Both the position numbers and the translations under genes were made by a program. The notes below the pieces were generated by a model, which made no database searches, had not been told where the DNA came from, and saw nothing but the letters and a program-made list of their open reading frames with translations. DNA of 64,000 bases from Macrostomum hystrix (lineage: Eukaryota > Animalia > Platyhelminthes): contig CATNEN010000029.1 of assembly GCA_950097015.1 (NCBI GenBank), positions 7,936,001 through 8,000,000 on the forward strand, read 5' to 3'. Shown one piece after another: positions 24,158-36,102 of the stretch (positions within the stretch are counted from its first letter, which is position 1; each line of letters starts with the position of its first letter).

Positions 24158-25924
24158 CGAGCAGTCGAACTCCGAGAATCGCATAATTTCAGCGATCAAT
24201 AGTACAAACAAAGTAAAATAAATGAAGCCTCAACTCATTCAGTTGTTGGTCACCGAATTTCATATGCGAATCAATTCAATAAGTCTGTGCGTTAAGTGTA
24301 TTTAGCAGAAATACGAGTAAATAAAGTCTAAGAAGAAATAGCTTTCATCAATTATTGCTATAAACATCACATGAATTCAAGATCTTCATTTTGTACGATT
24401 TACTACTTCTAAAAAGTAGTACTTGTGCAAAATAAACCAACTGCTTTGGCAGCAATAATGCAACAAGCTTCTCTTTGCCTCTTAAAATTTTAATTTAATG
24501 GATAAAATATTCTGTAATTTTCATACTAGTCGCTTTGTTTAGCTAAACAAAACGACGCAGATTAATAATTCCTAAGGAAATCAATTTCACTGACAATAAC
24601 AAGTAACAAGATGTGCTAGAAATCTCTGTTCGCTTAGAACTTAACTTTATGCCTCATAAAGTTTATGCGCAAAATTTTGTTTAACTTACCCTGCCAGAAA
24701 TTTCTTCACCAGATAAAAATATCGGCTTTCTCAGACTTCTGAAAAGTGTGCATAGAAAGGATTAGTGGACGACCTGCTCAAATGTTGAGCAGTGTAATCG
24801 CTCCCCCGCTCCCAAGATCGCTGCCAAATGAGGAAGGAAGCAATTTCCGAAAGGGAAAGGAAAGTGGGACTAACTGGCCCAAGCAGCGGCCTCCCCCCTC
24901 TGATTAGGGCTCGTTAATACCGATTGTAATCAAATTTAATTGGGCCCCAGTGAGCTGGCCCAGCATCCGACGGGATGATGAAATTGCTGCCGCCCAGATC
25001 ATGGGCCCAATGAGACAGTTTGTCGGGGATTTCTCTTTAAAGTACTTTTCACCCCCCGCTATGGCCGGGTCAGCCGGGAAGACTTGACCCGCAGGACCGG
25101 GCCGAGTCGCCACACTGTTCCCAACCGGGCCACTTTTAGAAGAAACAGGAGAAGCAGCAGCAGCAACATAAAGAGGCTCACTAGCAGCCTGAGACAGATG
25201 AGGGGGAAGAGATTCCAGGATTATCCCATGCCAGAGGAGGCTTCTCAACGTAAAATCCCAGAGCAATGGGGCGATAATTCAAACTGCATGCGTTTCCTCT
25301 TTTTCTAGGAAAATCCCTCGAATCCTCGAGCTGCAACCTGCGCAGGGGAGGGGAGGGGCCGCTTCTGCCCGTCCGTTGCGGCTAAAGGGGGATGTCCGGC
25401 CTTAATTAGCAAAAATTTCCCGAAGCCGCAATTTGAGCAGCGTCATCGCAGAGCAGAGCAGAATCAGGCGGGGCCAGGGAGCGCCCGGACACAATGAGGC
25501 GAAAATTTAATTTGCGCCCGCTCCCGCTGGGGGCCGCAGATGCCCCGAGCTGGCATGATCTTTTCCCATCCACCCACCTCCTCCTTCTCCCCTTTTCTCG
25601 GTCTGCGCCCCAGTTTCATTTCTCTGCTTATTTTATTTTCACATTCTTTCTGATCTCCACAATACCATTGTGAGACTTTGAAACCATGGCTATGAAGGTG
25701 AAAAAGCTAGCGACTAATGATAGTCTGTTTAGTAGTATGAGAAAGCTTTTTATTCACTGTTTATGTCCTTCGAGACGCAGTGTATAGGCATTGTTTTGTG
25801 CGAGATCCGGCATTGTATGATCCATTGCAAAGAAAAAAGGCTAATTTAAATTATTGGCCAGGGTAAATTGCTTTGCTTCGTGCTTCGATTGCTTCGACTT
25901 TTAAATTATCGAGTTCGAAGTTTA

Positions 25925-26220
25925 GGGGTGAGTGACTGAACGGTCAAACATGTTTGCCTCTCACGCCAAGGTCCCTGAGCTCGATTCCACGCTGGGGGCC
26001 ACATTTATTTAGGGCGCAGCCGCAGAGGGAAGGCTTGGGGGCTTGTTATACAATTTACGCCCTTGAGGGCCAACCTCGAAGGCACAGTGAGATTGTGTGC
26101 TCAGGAGTCAGCGAAATGGGCAGAATTGCCTCCTCGCTGGCTGTGGGTCCAAATCCCTCGAAACGATGTGAGATGATGATGATGTGCCATTTCCCGCAGC
26201 ATTTCTACAAAAATTATAAT
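25925..26220 (+). mobile_element. tRNA-derived SINE family 1 copy
   Basis: Degenerate A/B boxes (gagctcgattcc). Shared body caatttacgcccttgagggccaac...gagtcagcg(g)aatgggcagaattgcctcc...gatgtgccatt.cccgcagc also seen at 29485, 29905, 30985 and 60380. Confidence 0.75.
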
Positions 26221-26935
26221 CACGAGTATAACGCAACATTGTACATTGAAACTTTTTTATTATACCTATTTTTTAAACTGAGAATTAGCGCTCACCTCAA
26301 AGGCACAGCAAGCGGTTGAGCCTTGAGCAAGGTGTGACCGAACGTCTGTCCTGCAACTGTCGGAATGTGGTCAACCGCAACTGCTGGATAAAAAGTGTGA
26401 CAAGCATGGCTTTGTGTCATTTATTCAATCGTTGATTCGCTTAAATTTCGTTCACAGCATGAAGCCCAGCCAAGTATGAAAACTGATTTCATTCAACCGA
26501 ATGACCAGCAATTGTTCACTTTGAAAGGTGGACACAAGAAAACTTAGGCCTTGCTTTGGCCAGGCAATGAAACAGGAAAAGCAGGACTGACCGCTAGTTT
26601 CAAGAAGGACAGCGCAGCACGCCCCGGACTCATTCGTCAGGCAAGCGATGCCACGCAGAGCGGAGAATATTTTGAAACTTTTTTTACTTAGCCCGGAAGC
26701 TTTGTGTGTTCCGCTTTCCAATGGGATATCGGGTGGTGACTGGATAATCAATGAGCATAGCAGTGGGATAACTCAGCTAATCGGCTCTCTTAGATGTCTG
26801 GAGTGGCCAAAAAGTGCACGCCCGATTCAGCCGTTCTGGGATACACTGCCAATGATCCACTTGAGTATGGAAAGTATGGACTGGAACGATCCAGTTTTTT
26901 TAAAATCAGCATTAGGGTTTCCGGTTGCGTTATAA

Positions 26936-27540
26936 CAGGGGTCGGCAAACTCCGGCCCGCGGGCCAGATGCGGCCCTCGAAGCTCCCAAGTCCAGCCAGT
27001 TGCCTCTTCCAACGCCTACAGTATCCTGTCTCATCTTTCCCCTATCTCATCTCTCTCATCTCTCCTCGGTCCCATTTCTCCCCTGTCTTATCTCTCCCGT
27101 GTTTCCCGTTTCTCTTCCCTGTCTCATATCTTCTCTGTCTATCTATTCCCTGTCTCATCTCTCCCTTGTCTCATCTCTCTCGTGTCTCATCTCTCTCGTG
27201 TCTCCTCTCTCCCTGTCTCATCCTTCCCGTGTCTCCTCTCTCCTGTGTCGCATCTCTCCCCTGTCTCATCTCTCCCCTGTCTCATCTCCCTCGTCGTGTC
27301 TCATCTCTCTCGTGTCCTCTCGCCACTGTCTCATCTCTCCTCTGTCTCATCTCTCCCCTGTCTCATCTCTCCCGTGTCTCATCTCTCCCGTGTCTCATCT
27401 CTCCCGTGTCTCATCTCTCCCGTGTCTCATCTCTCCCGTGTCTCATCTCTCCTCTGTCCCATATTCCTTTATTTAATACGGCAGTGTCGTCTTTTAGGTT
27501 CTATCTGGGGCCCGCACGCTAATAAGTTTGCCGACCCCTG
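26936..27540. mobile_element. Non-autonomous hAT (Charlie-type) MITE with an internal 17-bp CT-rich satellite
   Basis: 15-bp perfect terminal inverted repeats CAGGGGTCGGCAAAC/GTTTGCCGACCCCTG. 8-bp TSD cgttataa/cgttagaa (7/8 match). No transposase ORF. Confidence 0.85.
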
Positions 27541-28057
27541 CGTTAGAAAGACAAAGCAAAAATTCAAAAAATGGATTGCTTTGCTCAAGGATTTCGACCT
27601 AGTGAATAGGTCACGAGCTCGTTTCTGACATTCTATGCATGGTCCCTGAGCTCGAATTTGCGGCGAGCCTACATCAAAAGAATATAATAATTCAATGTTG
27701 CTCCAATTTATAATGAGTCATGCTGCAATTATTATTTGACGCTTAAATTAGTTTTTTCGATTCAAAGCTCTTTCCAATATATTTGAGCATGGCCACATAA
27801 TACAAGTGTGAACTCATGTGAGCATAAAGTGCTCAGCTTCTCCAATTGCTAGTGAAAGCCGGTGTGTGTGTGTGTGCTCCAATTCGAGTGCTCAATAAAC
27901 AGGCCCCGGGCGTGCCAAAGTTGTTGGCAAAGTGCTTTTTTTCTGGACTGATTTCCGCCCCCCCGCCCAGCACAGATGCTCAGAATGTCGCATGAGACAT
28001 TCGCCAAGCTCTCATTGGCACAGTCTCTCTCTCTGGCTCTACTTCCCTGGCTACCCG

Positions 28058-28620
28058 GCTCCCAGCTCTATACAGCTAAACAATTCTGCACACAATCACA
28101 GCTCCCAGCTCTATACCGCTAAACAATTCTGCACACAATCACAGCTCCCAGCTCTATACAGCTAAACAAGTTCTGGCACACAATCACAGCTCCCAGCTCT
28201 ATACAGCTAAACAGTTCTGCACACAATCACAGCTCCCAGCTCTATACAGCTAAACAGTTCTGCACACAATCACAGCTCCCAGCTCTATACAGCTAAACAG
28301 TTCTGTACACAATCACAGCTCCCAGCTCTATACAGCTAAACAGTTCTGCACACAATCACAGCTCCCAGCTCTATACCGCTAAACAATTCTGCACACAATC
28401 ACAGCTCCCAGCTCTATACCGCTAAACAATTCTGCACACAATCACAGCTCCCAGCTCTATACAGCTAAACAGTTCTGCACACAATCACAGCTCCCAGCTC
28501 TATACAGCTAAACAGTTCTGCACACAATCACAGCTCCCAGCTCTATACCGCTAAACAATTCTGCACACAATCACAGCTCCCAGCTCTATACAGCTAACCA
28601 ATTCTGTACACAATCACAGC
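28058..28620. repeat. 43-bp minisatellite
   Basis: cacaatcacagctcccagctctatacagctaaacagttctgca, about 13 copies. Confidence 0.95.
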
Positions 28621-29484
28621 CCTCTCAGTCTCGGCCCGCTTTCGCTTTCCATGGCGCATTGGAAAGCGAAACCCATGCAGTCAGAAATTAGTCATAGTTG
28701 GGCAATCTGATAGACCTGACCTGCATCTTCCAGCAAGGATGGGGTTGCACCAAAGTCGGTAAGAATCTCAAAGCTATCTTCCAAGCCAGCGCATCGCTTC
28801 TCGCGCACAAATTTTGACTGATAATTCATTATATTTCACGACTAGCCAATATATACAGGCCTTGCATTCCGAGCCTCAGAGAGTGAGCAAACGAGGAAGA
28901 CAGAACTCGCGGGGATGAGGCGAGGTCTTCAGCGTATTGGCAGCGGTTGAGCAAATTAATTATTTATGATGCGCTCGAAAGAAGCAGGGCTAGAAGAAGA
29001 GTGTGTGTGCGTGTGAGACCTGGTGCCAAACACACAGGGCGGTGAGCGTGGGAGTTTTTTGGTGGCATTGCATGGATTTTTCTCTTCCTTGATGGGGGGG
29101 GCTGAGTCTGAGGCCCCAGCCGTCGAGCACAGATAAGCCCTCTTATTCCCTTAGCTCCTTGCAAGTCTCATCCGAGCACTAGCCGCTTGTCGAATACTGC
29201 TCTATACCACTCCCTCCCTCTCACTCGCTCGCTGGCAAACTATTGATTTAAGCGAGTTCAGTACTTTGTATTTGTATGGGCGGGCTGCCAATCAAAGATT
29301 GAAATAGGGCTATTCAATTTCTGATAAGAATGGTAGGTTTTTTGTGATAATTTGATTGAGTAAATTGTTCTCCAAGTATCTTCTTTACAGAAACTATTTT
29401 ATGAAGGTCAGAATAACAGTTAATTGTTTAAGTTTCACTAGTAAGTGTCCGTTCACTTATTGTCCATGGACAAACACATTCTAT

Positions 29485-29855
29485 GGGATGAGTGGCAGAG
29501 AGGTTAACGCGTTTGCCCTTCGCGCCAAGGTCCCTGGGCTCGATTCCGCGGCGAAGCCCCATCCATTTGGGACGCAGCCGCGGAGAGAAGGCTTTGGTGG
29601 CTTGTGGTGCAATTTACGCCCTTGAGGGCCAACTTCCAAGGCCAAGTGAAAGTGTGCACTGAATGACAATGAGAAAGTCAAGGCAGATTTACTTACCTGT
29701 GTGAGTGTGCGTGCCTGTGTACAGTATCTGTGTGCGTGTGTGCTCAGGAGTCAGCGGAATGGGCAGAATTGCCTCCGCGCTGGCTGCGGGTCTAGTGTCA
29801 CCAAATGATGTGCCATTGCCCGCAGCCCTCCTGCAATTATAATGATTATTATCAC
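29485..29855 (+). mobile_element. tRNA-derived SINE family 1 copy (near full length)
   Basis: A-box-like tggcagagagg, B-box-like gggctcgattcc, family body, AT-rich attataatgattattat tail. Confidence 0.8.
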
Positions 29856-29904
29856 ATCCTAAAACACTAATAACTGCAACGTACACATGCACACACTCAC
29901 ACAG

Positions 29905-30120
29905 GGGTGTGTGCATATTGCCCTGACTTTCTCATCGTCAGGCAGTGTACACTCTCACTGTGCCTTGGAGGTTGGTCCTCAAGGGCGTAAATTGCACAAC
30001 AAGCCCCCAAGCCTTCTCTCCGCGGCTGCGCGCCAAATAAACGTGGCCTCGCCGTGGAATCGAACTTAGGGACCTTGGTGCGAGAGGCAAATGCGTTAAC
30101 CGCTCTGCCACCGACCATCG
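29905..30120 (-). mobile_element. SINE family 1 copy, inverted relative to 29485
   Basis: Reverse complement reads tggcagagcggttaacgcatttgcctctcgcaccaaggtccctaagttcgattcc and continues into the family body. Confidence 0.8.
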
Positions 30121-30984
30121 AGAGTCCTTACTTGTCCATGGACAATAACAAACGGAGTGCAAAAGTTTGGAATTCAATTACTCAGCGTTTTTGGGCCATT
30201 CGCTTTTCGATATGGCTACAAAGGCGACAAAATGATAGTCTACCAAAAGTGCAAACTGTACATTGTTTTGATTGCACTCAGACAGCAAGGCGTGCAATAA
30301 TCTAATTAAAATTCTTTGCCTCATCCTACTCAGCAGGGTTCCCAGTCTCATCTCAGCACTGTACCAACAAGCCCCTGTGTTGGCCCCGTATTCGGTTTCA
30401 ACAGTATTAAAAGATCCTTCTAGTCTATAGTTTTCTTTTTATGCCCCGCCTGAGCATGCTGAGCATGAGCATATAGCATCAGGGAGTTGCTTAGCAGCTG
30501 GCTAGCTTTGGGCGGTCGGATGGGGAGAACTTTGATGGCTAAACTGTTCGCATTTCGCTGCTTGAAAACGGGCTTTCAATGGACGGTAGATCGAGAGGCA
30601 GAAAGAGGGATAGGAGAGAGAGACAGGGGGCAGATGATAGGGAAAAAGCTGACAGAGAGCTGTTGATGCATTAGGAGCTAATTGGCGCAGACAAGTGTGC
30701 GGATGAGTCAAGTGCTCGCCAAGCTCGTGGGCATTCAGAGACAGCCACCGCAGCAACCGCCCCCTTAAGCCATCAGAGAGAAAACAGCACACACAATGCA
30801 CACACACTCCATAGAACGCAAATACGCGAAGTGCAGAAGGATTGGGCCAGCACAAGCAACAGAGACTACGATTTTTTATCCCAATATAGGGAAGGATTAT
30901 ACGACGAAGATTTCTGCTTTGGGGAAAGTGTATTAGCAATGTAGCCCAGGCTGGGAATCCTAAGCCGCAGATTATGTAGTTACA

Positions 30985-31250
30985 CATATTATAATACTTG
31001 CAGGAGGACTGCGGGCAATGGCACACAGGTGTGTACATCTGCCCTGATTTTCTCATCGTCAGACAGTGTACACTTTCACTGTGCCATGGAGGTTGGCCCT
31101 CAATGGCGTAAATTGCATAACAAGTCTCCAAGCCTTCTCTCCGCGGCTGCGCCCCAAATGGCTGCGCCCCAAACGGATGTGGCCTCGCTGCGGAATCGAG
31201 CTTAGGGACCTTGGTGCGAGATTCGAACTCGAGACCGCTTTTCCACTCAC
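30985..31250 (-). mobile_element. SINE family 1 copy
   Basis: Same body and tail on the minus strand, with a small internal duplication (ggctgcgccccaaa x2). Confidence 0.75.
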
Positions 31251-33021
31251 CCCCTACCAAGAGGTAACTTTAAATTCGAAGTCAACTGATTTAGAAATTC
31301 GGGTGGGCGAGGAGCCCTCCCCAGTCCTTGGACTGCACAGATGTACACAGGCTTACACACAAAGTCCATAGACTCAAACTGATGATACAGACTCAAAGAA
31401 GCATGAGTAGCGCAGGCTGAGAAGATCCGCCGGCTGAGCTAGTAGCTATCGATTCGATTTCCCGGAGAAAAATGTTCCAAGCTCCTCCCCCCACCGACCA
31501 GCTTCGCACAGAAAAATGCCCCCAGAGTTGTTCATTGATCGGAAGTCCATATGGCAGTTCGCACACAGCGCTTCAAAAGCTTAGCATGCAATAGAAAGGC
31601 ACAGAGATAATAAGTACTATAAAGTCTATGTTTTTGAAGTTTATTTTTGTGGTTTTTCCAAATGTTTTCTGTTCCTTGTGTCAAACTGGAAGCTAAATTG
31701 GTGCAGAATTCGGCGCGCGTCATACTTAGAATCTCTGGGAAGGGGGATTAGAGCGATTAGCTCATCTAATTCCATTTTCAAACTGGGACTTCGCAGAGCC
31801 GAGGTATGGATGCTGCGGAAACCAGATCGGGCCATGATCCAGCCTAAAGCCTTCCCACCGAATGGCATTGACGAATTTCCCACGGGAAGGGCGACTGGGC
31901 GAGAGAGAGTGAGTGTGAGAGAGAGTGATGACGATGAGGACAAACAGAAGCGGCCTGTGTCAGCTGCACAGTTTACGAATATAATGTTACCTTCAGCTTA
32001 GGGCACTTGGCTGGTCCTCCAACTAAAGCGGACTTCAAATCGGTGATTGTGACTCCCAAATTCCCCTTCCCATCCTCTCTCGCACTTTGCTCCACAGTTT
32101 GTGCCCGGGCACGAGTGTCAACGTGTGACTTCCCCTGCTCCCCAGCCAGAATTTTCACACCTCCCCGGACCTGCCCCATCCCTATTAAGAGGCCGGGCGC
32201 TCCAAGGTCGAGTGGCAGCCGGCCAAGTACCAACGGCAGGAGGGGGGCAGAGCTGAGAGCGGATAGAGGCCGGGTGAGAATAAAAAGAGCGAGTCGGATT
32301 TTTTCTGAAGAAATTCAGAACTCAATGGGAACAGTTTTTTTCTGGCTTTAACAGTTCCTTTTTCTTCCTCGATATAATTTCAGAAATTAAGTTTTTCCTC
32401 CTCTGCTCCGTCTCGCTTTCACCTGGCTTCCTCTCCGCTTTTTTCTTACTTTTCCCTGGCAATTCCTGCACCGCTTGCTTCTTGCTAGGCTCCTTCTAAA
32501 CAGAGGAGCCTGCTGCCCTCTTGGGCAGCCTCCACACCCCGGGTAAATAGGGGTGGTTGGGAGGTGAAATTGAGAGCTCTGTGAGGTGAGCTCAAGGGCC
32601 CGCACTGCTCAAACCGGTCTCAAATCTGACGCACCAAAAAAAACTGCGCCACCCGCCACAGCCCCGACTACAACTTGTCGGCGGAGCAAGCGAATGAGTG
32701 GGAAGAGAGGAAAATAGAGCGATGAACGAGATCCCCCCAAAAACACCGGAGAGAGAAAGAGGTCGCCGGACAAGGGGAAACGCTGGGCCATGATCTTTAT
32801 CGCCAACCGTTGCTTTTCTGGCCAAACCGTAAGATCCCCACTTCACTGCACTTTCCTTGGCCCAACTGCCTCTCCCTCCACCATTCTCCCATGGGCCATG
32901 ACCAGGCGATTCCTGAAGCCCAGTGATACTCTCTGTACTGATTTTCTCGGCCTTTTACACATTCATGAAAGACGGGTCAATGCCAGATGGGGTGAGAGTG
33001 AAATGGGAAATTGGTCAGAGA

Positions 33022-33486
33022 GGGAGATTGGGAGAGAGTGGGAGATCGGGAGAGAGTGGGAGATTGGGGAGAGGGGGATTGGGGAGAGGGGGAGATCGGG
33101 ACAGAGTGGGAGATTGGGGAGAGGGGAGATTGGGGAGCGGGGGGATCGGGAGAGAGTGGGAGATCGGGAGAGAGTGGGAGATTGGGGAGAGGGGGGATTG
33201 GGGAGAGGGGGAGATCGGGACAGAGTGGGAGATTGGGGAGAGGGAGAGATTGGGGAGAGTGGGAGATTGGGGTGAGTGGGAGATTGGGGAGAGTGGGAGA
33301 ATGGGAGAGAGTGGGAGATGGGGAGAGAGCGGGAGATTGGGAAGAGGGGAGATTGGGGTGAGTGGGAGATTGGGGAGAGGGGAGATTGGGGAGAGGGGAG
33401 ATTTGGGAGAGGGGGAGATCGGGACAGAGTGGGAGATTGGGGAGAGGGAGAGATTGGTGAGAGGGGGAGATTGGGGAGAGTGGCAG
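33022..33486. repeat. G-rich purine satellite (gggagattggggagag variants)
   Basis: Degenerate 12-18-bp units, strongly purine-biased on the plus strand. Confidence 0.9.
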
Positions 33487-33951
33487 ATTGGGTTATCGAT
33501 CGCGACTCTGGCAGCAAAGGTCCCGAGTTCGTATCCGCATTTTGTAGCAGAATATATAGGCCTCTTAATATTAGTTAACGGTCGGGTCAGGCAGTAAATT
33601 AGCAGGCTTTGGTTTTCGATGGCAGTTATATTAGTATTGGTTTCTGGCCTGTCCGTTACTATACATGAGGAGGGGGGTTAGCGAGGCTTTAGTCGCAGAA
33701 AGCCTACACCGGAGACACATCCGGTGCCGACCCACTGGCCCATCCGTTCAAGATTGATGGCAGGGACTCGTTGTCATGGGGTTGGACGCAAACTTATTTT
33801 GCTACTTGGAGACCATTTGCTGGGCTGCAGGAGGGAGAGGCGAGGAGGCACTATTCGGCTAGAGACCGCGTCTTCAGGAACTTTTTGCACAGTGAACCAT
33901 CAGGCACTGATTGGGACTCCAAGCTTTTGAGAGATACGGAAATTAGTGGAA

Positions 33952-34512
33952 TGGGAGATGGGGGAGAGTGGGAGATGGGGAGAGAGTGGGAGATGGGGAG
34001 AGAGTGGGAGATGGGGAGAGAGTGGGAGATGGGGAGAGAGTGGGAGATGGGGAGAGAGTGGGAGATGGGGAGAGAGTGGGAGATGGGGAGAGATTGGGAG
34101 ATGGGGAGAGAGTGGGAGATGGGGAGAGATTGGGAGATGGGGAGAGAGTGGGAGATGGGGAGAGAGCGGGAGATGCGGAGAGAGTGGGAGATGGGGAGAG
34201 AGTGGTAGATGGGGAGAGATTGGGAGATGGGGAGAGAGTGGGAGATGGGGAGAGAGTGGGAGATGGGGAGAGATTAGGAGATGGGGAGAGAGTGGGAGAT
34301 AAGGAGTGAGCGGGAGATGCGGAGAGAGTGGGAGATGGGGAGAGATTGGGAGATGGGGAGAGAGTGGGAGATGGGGAGAGATTAAGAGATGGGGAGAGAG
34401 TGGGAGATAAGGAGTGAGCGGGAGATGGGGAGAGAGTGGGAGATGGGGAGAGAGTGGGAGTTGGGGAGTGAGTGGGAAATGGGGAGAGATTGGGAGATGG
34501 GGAAGAGTGGGA
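33952..34512. repeat. 18-bp G-rich minisatellite (gggagatggggagagagt)
   Basis: About 30 copies, related to the 33022-33486 array. Confidence 0.95.
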
Positions 34513-35237
34513 GATGGGTTGGCTGAGGTTTGAGAGATGAAAGCAGGTGAGCTGAAGGTGGGCTGTCGGGACTTGTCTCGGCTGAAAAAAAGCGGCGCCA
34601 CTCATCGGAAAACAAGCCGATGAGATTTCTCAGCGATTGCGATCCTACAGAAGTGCCAAAGGATCGTCGTTGTGCATAGTTCGGGCTACACATAGCCGAA
34701 AAGATGGCTAGAATCTGAAAGACTGCACCTGCGAAAGCAATAAGCTTGCCAACGGACCCGAATCCGGACCGCCACAACCTCCTCTCCGCCGAAGCAGCCT
34801 CGCAGCGCGGCCTGCTTCATAAAGATTTAGCTGCCTGATACGTTGACGCGGCGTGGAATAGCCACCGAGGGGCGAATGAGTCCAGTATAGTAGGGGAGAC
34901 GGGGAGGAGGCGACGCCGATGGAGGCCTTGGGAGAAAGGGGAGCCAGGGTAAGAAGTAGATTTCCAGGAAAGATGGGGCTGCATATCAGATTCCGAGTCT
35001 AATTAAATGTATATAGGGTCTTACTGATAGAGGCCCTCCTGAATGCTAATGGCCCAGGTCGTCCTATGTAGCTGGTACACTCCCTGTCTGTCCGGATTCA
35101 AGACTTTCAGGTCCGAACGAGCTAGATTTGCGAATGCTAGCTGCCATTTACAATCCCATTTCATAGCTTTCAGTGCTTTTCAAAACAAGTTTAATTGACT
35201 AATCTACTGTTTTAATTGGTCCCGTTGAGATAATCCT

Positions 35238-35760
35238 CCGATTCCCATCCCCGGATTCCCATCCTGGATTCACATCCTGGATTCCCATCCTGGATGCCCA
35301 TCCTGGATACCCATGTCTGGATTCCCATCCTGGATTCCCATCCTGGATTCACATCCTGGATTCCCATCCTGGATTCCCATCCTGGATTCCCATCCTGCAT
35401 TCCCATCCTGGATTCCCATCCTGGATACCCATGTCTGGATTCCCATCCTGGATTCCCATCCTGGATACCCATACCTGGATTCCCATCCTGGATACCCATA
35501 TCTGGATTCCCATATCTGAATACCCATATCTGGATTCCCATCCTGGATACCCATACCTGGATTCCCATCCTGGATACCCATATCTGGATTCCCATATCTG
35601 AATACCCATATCTGGATTCCCATCCTGGATTCCCATCCTGGATACCCATACCTGGATTCCCATCCTGGATTCACATCCTGGATTCCCATCCTGGATTCCC
35701 ATCCTGGATTCCCATCCTGGATTCCCCTCTCGGATTCCCCTCCCGGGTTCCCATACCCGG
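35238..35760. repeat. 13-bp minisatellite (ggattcccatcct)
   Basis: About 40 copies with gatacccat variants. Confidence 0.95.
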
Positions 35761-36102
35761 ACTCCAACTTCACAACCCACCTATTGTTGTCTTTTGTCTG
35801 TTGTGAAGAAAAAAATTGGCTTTAGAAAAAACTCAATTTCAGTTTACTTCAAATTGAATTGCAATATTATAGTATATATTTCAATTTTAATAATCTCCTG
35901 AGATTGGCGTGTTGCTAAAGCAATGGTACTCACTCTTTAAAAGCCATTTTCTTTGAAGCTGTTTTCGTAAAGGCTAAATAATTTATAGCTGTATAAAACT
36001 ATCCTTTTTGATACAAGAAAAGTCTTCAAGAAACGTTAAAAAAAGAACGTACAACGGCCGGACACGCCCTAGCTAGTTAGGAGCAAAGGACGCAGGGGAT
36101 AT

